DNA of 64,000 nucleotides from Isurus oxyrinchus (lineage: Eukaryota), in contig JANJGN010000016.1 of assembly GCA_026770705.1 (NCBI GenBank), positions 86,986,001 through 87,050,000 on the forward strand, written 5' to 3'. Position 1 is the stretch's first letter, and every line of letters starts with the position of its first letter. The notes under the pieces were generated by a model. It was not told the DNA's origin, made no database searches, and saw only the letters and a program-made list of their open reading frames with translations. The position numbers were made by a program, and so were the translations under genes. Below are positions 49,693 to 60,799 of this stretch, piece after piece.

Positions 49693-50189
49693 GTAACATC
49701 ACCAATAAGTAGCCATTGTTAAACAATATTAATGACATTTTGCTGAGCTTCATATTAATAAAATTTTATTGTAGCTTTTTGCAGATCTTTATATATTGGC
49801 ACAATAATCTGGTCTGCATATATTACTGTATATTGATAACATATGTTTGTAATACATATTTTATTTCATATAATATGATACATATGACTTATTACTCAGG
49901 TTTCTCTATATATTACTCAGCAGGATATATCATCACTAACATTTTAACTATGTAGTGACACAGCTCTGATAACCATATTAATCAAGATTTAATTGTATCT
50001 TTCATTCTCTCTGTGTTTACTGACACAATTCTCTGGTTCGTGGGTTACCCTATGTACAAACCATCTGTGATGTCCTTGGAGTAATGGCTCAAACTGACTT
50101 CATCAAACTGACATTCCAAATAGGCCGACATTGTTCATAACGGGATTAACTGTAATTGGCTCAGATCTGAGCATCAGCAACTAAAATAG

Positions 50190-52250
50190 AGAGAGGGATG
50201 GAGGTCAATTAGGGGGAGAGGTGAAAGTCAAATAGAGAAGGGTTGGAGGTCAGATAGACAGAGAGGTGGAGGTTAGGTAGAGAAAGGGATAGAGTTCAGA
50301 TAGAGGGTTGGAGGTCAGATAGAGAGAGTGATGGAGGTCAGATAGAGACAGGAATGAGGTGCTGAAACGCAGAGTGATGGAGGTCAGATAGAGACAGGAA
50401 TGAAGGGCTGAAACGTAGAGTGATGGAGGTCAGATGGAGCGAGGGATGGCTGGAGCTCAGGTAGAGAGAGGAGTGGAGGTCAGATAGAGAGAGATATGGA
50501 GGTCAGATTGGGATAGGTGTGGAGGACAGGTAGAAAGAGGGATGGAGCTCAGATAGAGAGAATGATGAAGGTCAGTTAGAGAGAGGGATGGAGCTCAGAT
50601 AGAGAGAGAAATGAAGGTCTGAAATACAGAGTGATGGAGGTAAGATGGACCGAGGAATGGAGGTCAGGTGGAGAGATGGCTGAAGGTCAGATAGCGAGAG
50701 GGATGAATGTCTGAAATGCAGAGTGAGGGAGGTCAGATGGAGCGAGGGATGGATGCCAAATGGGGAGAGGGATGGAGGTCAGATAGAGAGAGGGATGGAG
50801 GTCAGAAAGAGAGAGGGATGGAGTCAGATAGAGAGAGGGATGGAGGTCAGAAAGAGAGAGGGATGGAGATCAGATAGAGAGAGGGATAGAGGTCAGATAG
50901 AGAGAGGGATGGAGTCAGATAGAGAGAGAGATGGAGTCAGATAGAGAGAGGGATGGAGGTCAGATAGAGAGAGGGATGGAGTCAGATAGAGAGAGGGATG
51001 GAGGTCAGAAAGAGAGAGGGATGGAGATCAGATAGAGAGAGGGATAGAGGTCAGATAGAGAGAGGGATGGAGTCAGATAGAGAGAGAGATGGAGTCAGAT
51101 AGAGAGAGGGATGGAGTCCGACAGAGAAAGGGATGGAGTCACATAGAGAGAGGGATGGAGTCAGATAGAGAGAGGGATGGAGTCAGATAGAGAGAGGGAT
51201 GAAGGTCAGATAGAGAGAGGGATGGAGGTCAGATAGAGAGAGGGATGAAAGTCGGAAATGCAGAGTGGGGGAGGTCAGATGGAGCGAGGGATGGAGGCCA
51301 AATGGGGAGAGGGATGGAGGTCAGATAGAGAGAGGGATGGAGGTCAGATAGAGAGAGGGATGGAGGTCAGATAGAGAGAAGGATGAAGGTCAGATAGAGA
51401 GAGGGATGGAGTCCGATAGAGAAAGGGATGGAGTCACATAGAGAGAGGGATGGAGTCAGATAGAGAGAGAAATGAAGGTCAGATAGAGAGAGGGATGGAG
51501 TCAGATAGAGAGAGAGATGAAGGTCAGATAGAGAGAGGGATGGAGGTCAGATAGAGAGAGGGATGAAAGTTGGAAATGCAGAGTGAGGGAGCTCAGATGG
51601 AGCGAGGGATGGAGGCCAAATGGGGAGAGGGATGGAGGTCAGATAGAGAGAGGGATGGAGGTCAGATAGAGAGAGGGATGGAGGTCAGATAGAGAGAGGG
51701 ATGGAGGTCAGATAGAGAGAGGGATGGAGTCAGATCGAGAGAGGGATGGAGGTCTGAAACGCAGAGTGATGGAGGTCAGATGGAGCGAGAGATAGAGGTC
51801 AGGTGGAGAGATGGCTGGAGCTCAGGTAGAGAGAGGGATGGAGGTCAGATAGGGAGAGGGGTGGAGGACAGGTAGAGAGAGAGATGGAGGTCAGCTAGAG
51901 GGATGGCTGGAGTCCAGATAGAGAGTAGGCTGGAGATCAGAAAGAGAAGAGTAGAGGTCAGATGGAGAGAGGGATGGAGGTTGGAGAGAAAGACGGATGG
52001 AGGTTGGAGAGAAAGACGGATGGAGATCAGACAGAGAGAGGGATGGAGGCCACATAGAGAGAGGGATGGAGGTCAGATAGAGAGAGGGATGGAGGTCAGA
52101 GCGAGAGGGATGGAGGTTGGATATAGAGTGGAATAGAGGTCAGATAACTACAGGGATGGAGGTCAGAGAGAGAGAGATGGAGGTCAGATAGAGAGAAGGT
52201 GGAAGTCAGATAGAGAGAGATGGAGGTCAGATAGAGAGAGGGATGGAGGC
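50190..52250. repeat. Purine-rich about 23-bp degenerate repeat
   Basis: GAGAGAGGGATGGAGGTCAGATA and variants. Confidence 0.92.
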
Positions 52251-52299
52251 CTGTTCAGGAGAGGCATGGAGCTCGGATACACCGAAGGGTGAAGCTCAG

Positions 52300-53180
52300 T
52301 GAGGTGTGTATCTGAGAGGAAGTTCGGTCCCTCAGGGAGAGGGATGGTGATCAGGGAGGTGTATATCTGAGAGGAGGGTCGGACACTCAGAGGGAGGGAT
52401 AGAGATCAGGGAGGTGTGTATCTCAGAGGAAGGTCGGACACTCAGAGGGAGGGATGGAGATCAGGGAGGTGTGTATCTGAGAGGAAGGTCGGACACTCAG
52501 AGGGAGGGATAGAGATCAGGGAGGTGTGTATCTCAGAGGAAGGTCGGACACTCAGAGGGAGGGATGGAGATCAGGGAGGTGTGTATCTGAGAGGAAGGTC
52601 GGACACTCAGAGGGAGGGATAGAGATCAGGGAGGTGTGTATCTGAGAGGATGGTCGGACATTCAGAGGGAAGGATGGTGATCAGGGAGGTGTGTAACTGA
52701 GAGGAAGGTGGGACACTCAGAGGGAGGGATGGAGATCATGGAGGTGTGTTACTGAGAGGAAGGTGGGACACTCAGAGGGAGGGATGGAGATCAGGGAGGT
52801 GTGTTTCTGAGAGGAAGGTCGGACACTCAGAGGGAGGGATGGAGATCAGGGAGGTGTGTATCTGAGAGGAAGGTCGGACACTCAGAGGGAGGGATGGAGA
52901 TCAGGGAGGTGTGTATCTGAGAGGAAGGTCGGACACTCAGAGGGAGGGATGGAGATCAGGGAGGTGTGTATCTGAGAGGAATTTCGGACACTCAGAGGGA
53001 GGGATGGAGATCAGGGAGGTGTGTATCTGAGAGGAAGGTCGGACACTCAGATGGAGGCTTGCAGATCAGGGAGGTGTGTATCTGAGAGGAAGGTCGGACA
53101 CTCAGAGGGAGGGATGGAGATCAGGGAGGTGTGTATCTGAGAGGAAGGTCAGACAATCAGAGGGAGGGATGGAGATCAGG
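52300..53180. repeat. 55-bp minisatellite (about 16 units)
   Basis: GATCAGGGAGGTGTGTATCTGAGAGGAAGGTCGGACACTCAGAGGGAGGGATGGA. Confidence 0.95.
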
Positions 53181-53971
53181 TGGAACGAGGTTACTGTCCA
53201 TTCTCACCACCTGTGCTGCAGTTTGTTGCAGACTAACCTGTTGCTCTGTGGTTCCCCACTTAATGCAATCCCCTTGCTCCCTCCCTTTCAGCCTCTCTCA
53301 ATCCACACCACCACTTCTTCCCTGTAGGGAATGGGATTGAGCCAGTAACCCAGAGGGGATGAGTTCAAATCCCAGGATGGGAATTAGTGAAATGGAATTG
53401 GATCAATCTGATCATTTGTGTTCTGGCTGCAGAAATTGTCCTTAAATCCTGCTGGATTGCTGTAAAACACAAGGGACTCAGTGAGGGAAGCTGCCGGTCT
53501 CACCCTCTCACTCTCTACCCTGTCAATCACTTTAAGAATTTTATATATTTCAATGGGATCACCTCTCATTCTTCTAAACTCCAGGGAATAATGTCCCAGT
53601 CTACTCAATCTCGCCTCATCGGACAATCCCCTCATCCCAGGAATCACTCTGGGGAATCTCTGCTGCACTCCTTCCAAGGCTGGTATATCCTTCCTTAGGT
53701 AAGGAGACCGAATCTGTACACAGTAATCCATGTGTGGTCTCACCGAGGTTCGATAGAATTATAATAAGACTTCTTCACTCTGACAGGTACAGGAGCTGAC
53801 ACAGAGTCTCTCTCTCTCACGCGAACCCATCCCTCTCTCTCACTCTCTCTCTCGCTCTCTCCCTCTCTCTCAATCTCTGTCGATCTCTCCATCTCCCTCC
53901 CTATCACTCACACTAACTCATTCATCTCATCCCTCTCTCTCACTCTCTGTCTCTCACTCTCTCTCTCTCTC

Positions 53972-54003
<32 letters not shown>

Positions 54004-54137
54004 AATCTCTGTCGCTCTCTCCATCTCCCTCTCTCTCACTCACACTAACCCATCCCTCTTTCCAGCTCTCTCGCTCTCAATCTCTGTCGATCTCTCCATC
54101 TCCCTCCCTATCACTCACACTAACTCATTCATCTCCT

Positions 54138-54286
54138 NNNNNNNNNNNNNNNNNNNNNNNNNNNNNNNNNNNNNNNNNNNNNNNNNNNNNNNNNNNNNNN
54201 NNNNNNNNNNNNNNNNNNNNNNNNNNNNNNNNNNNNNNNNNNNNNNNNNNNNNNNNNNNNNNNNNNNNNNNNNNNNNNNNNNNNNN
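54138..54286. other. Assembly gap (N run)
   Basis: 149 N. Confidence 1.
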
Positions 54287-56261
54287 TGTCCCTCTGTAGA
54301 TGTTCTCTGGGTGTGAGTGTTTAATATAAGGGGGTGTTTGTCAGTATATTTTCGATGCTCTATGGTTTCTGAGCATGGTGGGAGGGGATCAGGGCTCTGT
54401 TCTTTGACGTGACGCAGTGATATCTGTCCCAGTCTCTCAGACTGTGATGCTGTTGTTTTCTGTGACTGACGCTATGATATTGATTGTAATCTCACTCAGT
54501 GTGACACGAGGTTACATGTCTTGATCAGTGGTGAGGGAGGAGCAGACTGGAACCTGTTATTAGAGACAGAGTGAGTGATAAATATGAATTGATCAGAGAG
54601 AGTCAGCATGGATTTAAAAAGGTTCAGACATCTTTAACTCACCTGGTTACATTTTTTAAGGAGGTCACTAATGTGGTAGATCAGGGAAAGTCTATTCTAT
54701 TGATATGGATTTCCAGAAGGCATTTGAGAAAATTCAACATGAGAGACTGTGAATAAAAATGGAAGCAGATGGAATTTGAGGAAACCTGTTGCCATGGATA
54801 AGGAACTGGTTAGGAGGCAGGAGACAGAGAGTAGGGATAATGTGTATGTGCTCCAATTAGCAAGATGTGAATAGTGATGTCCCCAGGGATCTGTGCTGGA
54901 GCCTCAGCTTTCCACAATATTTATCAATGATTTGGATGAAGAAATACAGAGCCATATATCCAAGATTGCTGACGACACTAAGTTAGGCGGCTTGGAGGAG
55001 GTTACAGAGATGGGGAGTGTCGAGGACTGAGAGGGATTTGAGAACAAGGATGAGAATTTTAAAATCGAGACATTGCTGGGCTGGGAGGTCAGTGAGTACA
55101 GGGGGTGATGGGTGAACGGGACTTGGTGTGAGTTCAGATCCGGGCAGCAGAGTTTGGGATAAGCTCATGTTTACGGAGTGTGGAAGGTGTGACTCCGGCC
55201 AGGGCAGCATTGGAATCGTCACGTTTCAGGGAACAAAGACATGGAGGAGATTCTCAGCAGCAGATGGTCTGAGGCAGGCCGGACTCGGGCGATGTTACCG
55301 AGGTGGAAATAGGCTCTCTTAGTGATGGAGCGGATGATGTGGTCGGAAGCTCATCTCAGGGTCAAACTGGACACCATGGCTGTGAACTGTGTGGTTCAGT
55401 GTCAGACAGACCCAGGGAGAGGGATGGAATCGGTGATGAGGGAACAGAGTTTGTGATGGGGACTGAAGACAATGGCAGATGGAGCTCAACGTGGGGAGTG
55501 TGAAATCATCCACTTTGGACCGAAGAAAGATGGATCAGAGTAATTTGTAAATGGTGAGATGCTGGCAGCTGTGGAGGAGCAGAAAGATGAGGCCAAGGTT
55601 GTGAAGAGTCTGGTTCAGCAGCAGACAGTGCTCAGGGAGAGGGATGGAGTTTGTATCGGGAGCTGAAGACGATGGCTTTGATCTTCCCAATGTGTTTCCC
55701 AGTGAGCCTGCCTCCTCAGTCCTGACTGCTCTTAGCTGCTGTTCTTTTCACTGATCGGACAGTTATTATTACAGATTCAGACCACAGCAGAAACCCCCAG
55801 TGTAAAAAATAACTGCAAAGATTGTCCGATCGCAAGACTGAAACGTAACCAAGAGAGGAAGTGAAAGAAGGAGCTCAGAGCAGCTGGATGTTTGTTACTG
55901 ACACGGGAGAAAACTGTGAACCGTGTCCACTACCTAGAATCTTACAGCACAGAAGGAGGCCATTCAGCCCATCCTGCCTGTGAGTTACCCAGTGAGTCCC
56001 ACTCCCCCTCTCTGTCCCCATAACCCAGCAAATCTTTCCTTTTCAGGGAGATTTCCAATTCCCTCTTGTAGACCTGGGTCCACAGCTCGAGACTGTCCCG
56101 AACCTGGGCTCGAAATTGGCATCTCATTCATTCATTGGAAGACAAAATGCCCGGGGTGGGAAATGGAGCTCAGATCTCCAAACATTACCTCTCCCCTCCT
56201 GAGGGACACGTCATGCTGGGATACATTTCGATGGAACCCGGGAGCACAACACGGGGGAGGC

Positions 56262-56400
56262 TGTGGGGTAGCAGCAATGTTACTGGACCAGTAATCCAGA
56301 GGTCCAGGGTAACGCTCTGGGGTCACACCTTCAAATCCCACCCCGGCAGCTGGTGGAATTTAAATTGAATTAATAAATCCAGAATTAAAAGTTAGTCTCC
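56262..56400 (+). mobile_element. 5' fragment of a tRNA-derived SINE
   Basis: GTAATCCAGAGGTCCAGGGTAACGCTCTGGGG...TTCAAATCCC, similar to the head at 22240-22470. Confidence 0.55.
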
Positions 56401-56742
56401 GTCTGCAGCAGAACACAGAGGTAGGGAGGAGCGAGGCCATGGAGGGAATTGGAGGGCCATGAGGTCAGGGGTTACAGATCAGTGAGGTCAGGGATAATCT
56501 GGGAACAACACTTCATGTGGCACAGGGTATGGAACGCTGCATTTCGGACAATTGGGATTTATGGAGCGTGGATGAAGGAAGGCGGGAGAGGACATCGGAA
56601 TAATGGAGTCCGGGGACGAGACAAACAGGGCTAAGGGTTTCCGTGGTCAAGGGGCTGATGTAGTGTAGAGACGGACAATGTTGTGGAGATGGAAATGAGA
56701 GGCTTACGGGTTGGAGAGATGTGGAGTTTGAAGCTCAGATAC

Positions 56743-57028
56743 TGGAGGCCCAATGGGAAGGAGGCCCATGTTTACTGGTCCCTATTGGAGGCTCCAGTGG
56801 GAAGGAGGCCCATGTTTACTGGTCCCTATTGGAGGGTCCAGTGGGAAGGAGGCCCATGTTTACTGGTCTCTATTGGAGGCTCCAGTGGGAAGGAGGCCCA
56901 TGTTTACTGGTCCCTATTGGAGGGTCCAGTGGGAAGGAGGCCCATGTTTACTGGTCCCTATTGGAGGGTCCAGTGGGAAGGAGGCCCATGTTTACTGGTC
57001 CCTATTGGAGGTTCCAGTGGGAAGGAGG
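56743..57028. repeat. 44-bp minisatellite (about 6.5 units) upstream of the cluster 2 promoter
   Basis: TGGAGGGTCCAGTGGGAAGGAGGCCCATGTTTACTGGTCCCTAT. Confidence 0.93.
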
Positions 57029-57288
57029 CAGAGAGAGGGAGAGAAAGATAGAGAGCGATGGACAGAGGGAGGGAGATAAAGACAGCGTGACGGACAGACA
57101 TTGAGAGAGACAGTGACTGACAGACTGGTACTGAGAGAGGGAGAGAGTGACAGAGAGTGATGGCAGATTCTGAGAGAGAGAGAGACAGAGAGTGATGGAC
57201 AGACACTGGGACAGGGAGAGAGAGACAGAGTGTGATGGACAGATACTGAGAGAGGGAGGGAGAGAGTTGAAGAGGAAGTGAAAGGTGC

Positions 57289-57368
57289 TGACGTGGTTCT
57301 CTCTGGGTGATACCATTTACATACTGAGGAACAGCCAGTGAGACTCTGACAGGCTGCAGCATTATAAA
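57289..57368 (+). promoter_or_regulatory. V promoter, cluster 2: TGACGTGG, variant octamer ATTTACAT, TATAAA
   Basis: TGACGTGG 57289-57296, ATTTACAT 57315-57322, TATAAA 57363-57368, ATG at 57429. Confidence 0.75.
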
Positions 57369-57428
57369 GCTGAGCCCAGTGAAGGGAGAGTTTATCAGTG
57401 ACCAGGCACAGGGACAGGAGCAGACACC

Positions 57429-57477
57429 ATGATTTCAGCCATCCAGCTGATCTGGCCTCTGGCATTCTGCATCGCAG
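57429..57477 (+). CDS. Leader exon, cluster 2 (MISAIQLIWPLAFCIA-G)
   Basis: ACCATG, G|GTAC donor, 186-nt intron. Confidence 0.92.
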
Positions 57478-57663
57478 GTACAAATCTCTCTCCTTCCACC
57501 GTGAATATTTTCCTGCTCTCCATTTCCATCCAATTCGACTGACTTGTGATTGAAGGGAAAATGCTGAAAGCAGAGGAACGGTCATTGTCTCTAACAATAT
57601 CTCATTTTACAGGCTCTTTGTGTGACAGTTCTTACTTCACTCTGTTTCTCTATTACCCCTCAG

Positions 57664-57958
57664 GTATCAGTGGGGACATCACCATGACCCAGTCTCCCCT
57701 GGTGTCAGTGAGCCTGGGCCAGACCGCCACCATCACCTGTACGGCCAGTCAGTCTGTTAGTAATGAACTGAGTTGGTACCAGCAGCGAGAAGGACAGAAA
57801 CCGACTCTCCTGATCTATGATGCAACAACTCGATTCACAGGAACATCCGAGCGATTCACCGGCAGTGGATCTGGCACTCAATTCATCCTGACAATCAGCA
57901 ATGTACAGAATGAGGATGTCGCTGATTATTACTGTCAGCAAACTGACAGCTTCCCCTA
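57664..57958 (+). CDS. IGKV: Ig kappa-type V exon, cluster 2 (unrearranged)
   Basis: [94 protein letters not shown]. Confidence 0.97.
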
Positions 57959-57986
57959 CACTGTGATACAGAGCCTGACAAAAACC
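57959..57986 (+). other. 12-RSS of V, cluster 2 (heptamer variant CACTGTG)
   Basis: CACTGTG-ATACAGAGCCTG-ACAAAAACC. Confidence 0.95.
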
Positions 57987-57991
57987 TCAAT

Positions 57992-58905
57992 ACACACAGC
58001 ACCACCTCCTGTACTGACACATCCCACAGTTATATAGAATAAATAATAATGGACACACTGTCCCACCTCCTGTACTGACACATCCCACAGTTATATAGAA
58101 TATATAATAATGGACACACTGTCCCACCTCCTGTATTGACACATCCCACAGTTATATAGAATATATAATAATGGACACACAGTCCCACCTCCTGTACTGA
58201 CACATCCCACAGTTATATAGAATATATAATAATGGACACACAGTCCCACCTCCTGTACTGACACATCCCACAGTTATATAGAATATATAATAGTGGACAC
58301 ACAGTCCCAGATCATGTACTGACACATCCCACAGTTATATTTAATATATAATAAAAGACACACAGTCCAACCTCCTGTACTGACACATCCCACAGTTATA
58401 TAGAATATATAATAATGGACACACATTCCCACCTCCTGTACTGATACATCCCATAGTTATATAGAATATATAATAATGGACACACAGTCCCACCTCATGT
58501 ACTGACACATCCCACAGTTATATAGAATATATAATATGGACACACAGTCCCACCTCCTGTACTGACACATCCCACAGTTATATAGAATATATAATAAAGG
58601 ACACACAGCATCAAATCCTGTACTGACACATCCCACAGTTATATAGAATATATAATAACGGACACACAGTCCCACCTCCTGTACTGACACATCCCACAGT
58701 TATATAGAATATATAATAATGGTCACACAGTCCCACCTCCTGTACTGACACATTCCCCAGTTATATATCGTATATAATAATGGACACACAGTCTCACCTC
58801 CTGTACTGACACATTCCACAGTTATATAGAATATATAATAATGGACACACAGTCCCACCTCCTGTACTGACACATCCCACAGTTATATAGAATTTATAAT
58901 AATGG
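57992..58905. repeat. 61-bp minisatellite (about 15 units)
   Basis: Inverted paralog of 19945-21312. Confidence 0.95.
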
Positions 58906-59029
58906 TCACTTTACCTCTTACCCTACATGTCCACATATGAAGAGCAGCTGAAAGATTTATCATATAAAATTGGGATTCTCAATTCTCCCAACAAAAAAAA
59001 GACATTGAGAGGAAGAGAGAGGGAAAGAG

Positions 59030-59265
59030 AGAGTGTTAAAGGTGAGTGTGAGTGAGAGACAGAGAGAGGGTGAGAGTGAGTTAAAGATGAGTGTGAGTGA
59101 GAGACAGAGAGAGGGTGAGAGTGAGTTAAAGGTGAGTATGAGTGAGAGACAGAGAGAGGGTGAGAGTGAGTTAAACTAGAGTGTGAGTGAGAGACAGAGA
59201 GAGGGTGTGAGTGAGTTAAAGGTGAGTGTGAGTGAGAGACAGAGTGAGGGTGAGAGTGACTGAGT
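59030..59265. repeat. 45-bp minisatellite (about 5 units)
   Basis: Inverted paralog of 18697-19690. Confidence 0.9.
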
Positions 59266-59280
59266 GAAGCAGAGAGCTGA

Positions 59281-59319
59281 GGTTTTTGTACAGCCCCTGC
59301 ACTGGAAGCTCTCAGTGTG
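59281..59319 (-). other. 23-RSS of J, cluster 2
   Basis: GGTTTTTGT 59281-59289, 23-nt spacer, CAGTGTG 59313-59319. Confidence 0.96.
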
Positions 59320-59354
59320 GGGTTCGTTCGGTAAAGGAACCAAACTCAGACTGA
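59320..59354 (+). CDS. IGKJ: Ig light chain J segment, cluster 2 (GSFGKGTKLRL)
   Basis: FGKGTKL motif and A|GTAAGT donor. Confidence 0.95.
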
Positions 59355-60004
59355 GTAAGTAAACCCCTATCCTCCCTTATTAACCCTTTCAATACTGAAA
59401 CTTTCTCAAACACTAATGCTGAATAGTTGAAGGTGTTAGTGAGGAGCTGCAGTGAATGAAATGGTTCAGTGAACAACACTGTGTATAACAGGGTGCCCAG
59501 CTGTATTTCTTTCATTACATTCCCCCCTTTAAGCAGCAAGATAGAAATAACCAACTTTTACCCACCGTCTAGAGGAGATCTGGATGTTTGCAGACTGTGC
59601 TGACATTGCTGCACCATGGACTGAAATCACTCACTAGACTCCTGTCAGTCTCAGTGTGACAGACACGGGCAGAGTTTGATATGAGCTCCGGCTCCCTCTC
59701 ACAGTCTCTGATATAACTGATCACAGCACCAGCACAGTGAGACACCGAGGTCCCACCTCCCCCAGCTTGAACTCTGCTCTCTCCACTCCCTGGTTATCTC
59801 TTGGCAAATTTCTGATGACAAACAGGTAGAGCAGGGCCCACAATCCAGTGGCTTCAGTGTTCCAGGGTATTGGGGAGACTCTCCGTTTCCCCCGAATGTT
59901 TAAATGTCACCCTCTAGACTCCAGGCCTCCCGGAATCTGCTCTCCATCTCTCTCCTGAAGACACTGTCTCTGACTGGGGAACAGCTCCACCCTCCCCAAG
60001 TGGG

Positions 60005-60330
60005 CTCATTCCTCCAAGTGACTTGAGCACATAATCCAGGCTGAGACTCCAGTGCAGTATTGAAGGAGGGCAGCACTGTCAGAGGAGCCGTCTTTCAGAT
60101 GAGACAAACTGAGGTCTGCCCTCTCAGGGGGATGTAAAAGTTCCCATGGCGCTGTGAGAAGAAGAGCAGGGGAGTTCTTGCGCATTTTCTGTTTAGTATT
60201 TATCACGCAAACAACATCACAAAAAAACCTGACTTTCTGGCCATCATCACTCTACTGACTGGGATCTTACTGTGTACAGTTAGCTGTAAAAATCCTGAGA
60301 TGATGACTGGTGCTATAGAAATGCAAGTAT
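60005..60330 (+). mobile_element. Deu-domain SINE (SacSINE1-like) in the J-C intron of cluster 2
   Basis: GACTTGAGCACATAATCCAGGCTGA...GTCTTTCAGATGAGAC...GCTATAGAAATGCAAG; family assigned from recall. Confidence 0.6.
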
Positions 60331-60799
60331 TGAGACTGAAGGTTCCTAATCCTGACCCTCGCACTCTCACTTTCCATGGTTCATGGGGTCATTCGGAGTC
60401 GTGACCTTGTCTGACCCCCAGACTCTGAGACTAATTGTAGCCTCACCCTTGACCTCTCTCCAGTGCTGGGTGGCAAGGTTTGAAATGAAATCTAGAACCT
60501 TCTATACTGAGACCCAATCTGAATCCTTTCTGAAGTGGGTTGATCCAAGTGTGCTCCAACATTCTGGGATAAAGTTCTCTCGATGTGTGTGTGATCTGAG
60601 GATTGTTAATGTGAACCTGTTTCCCCCGGACAGGCTGATCAATAGTCAGAGCTTCCTGACAGCTTAACAGTGTCTTAGAGGGACACTGAGTCTTTAAACA
60701 CTCTTACTATTAACCATTTCAGTGCTGAATTTGTGGTAACCCTCTTTACAAATGTCTAAATAACAGCCCAATATGATTTAACCAGCTTAACATCAAACC

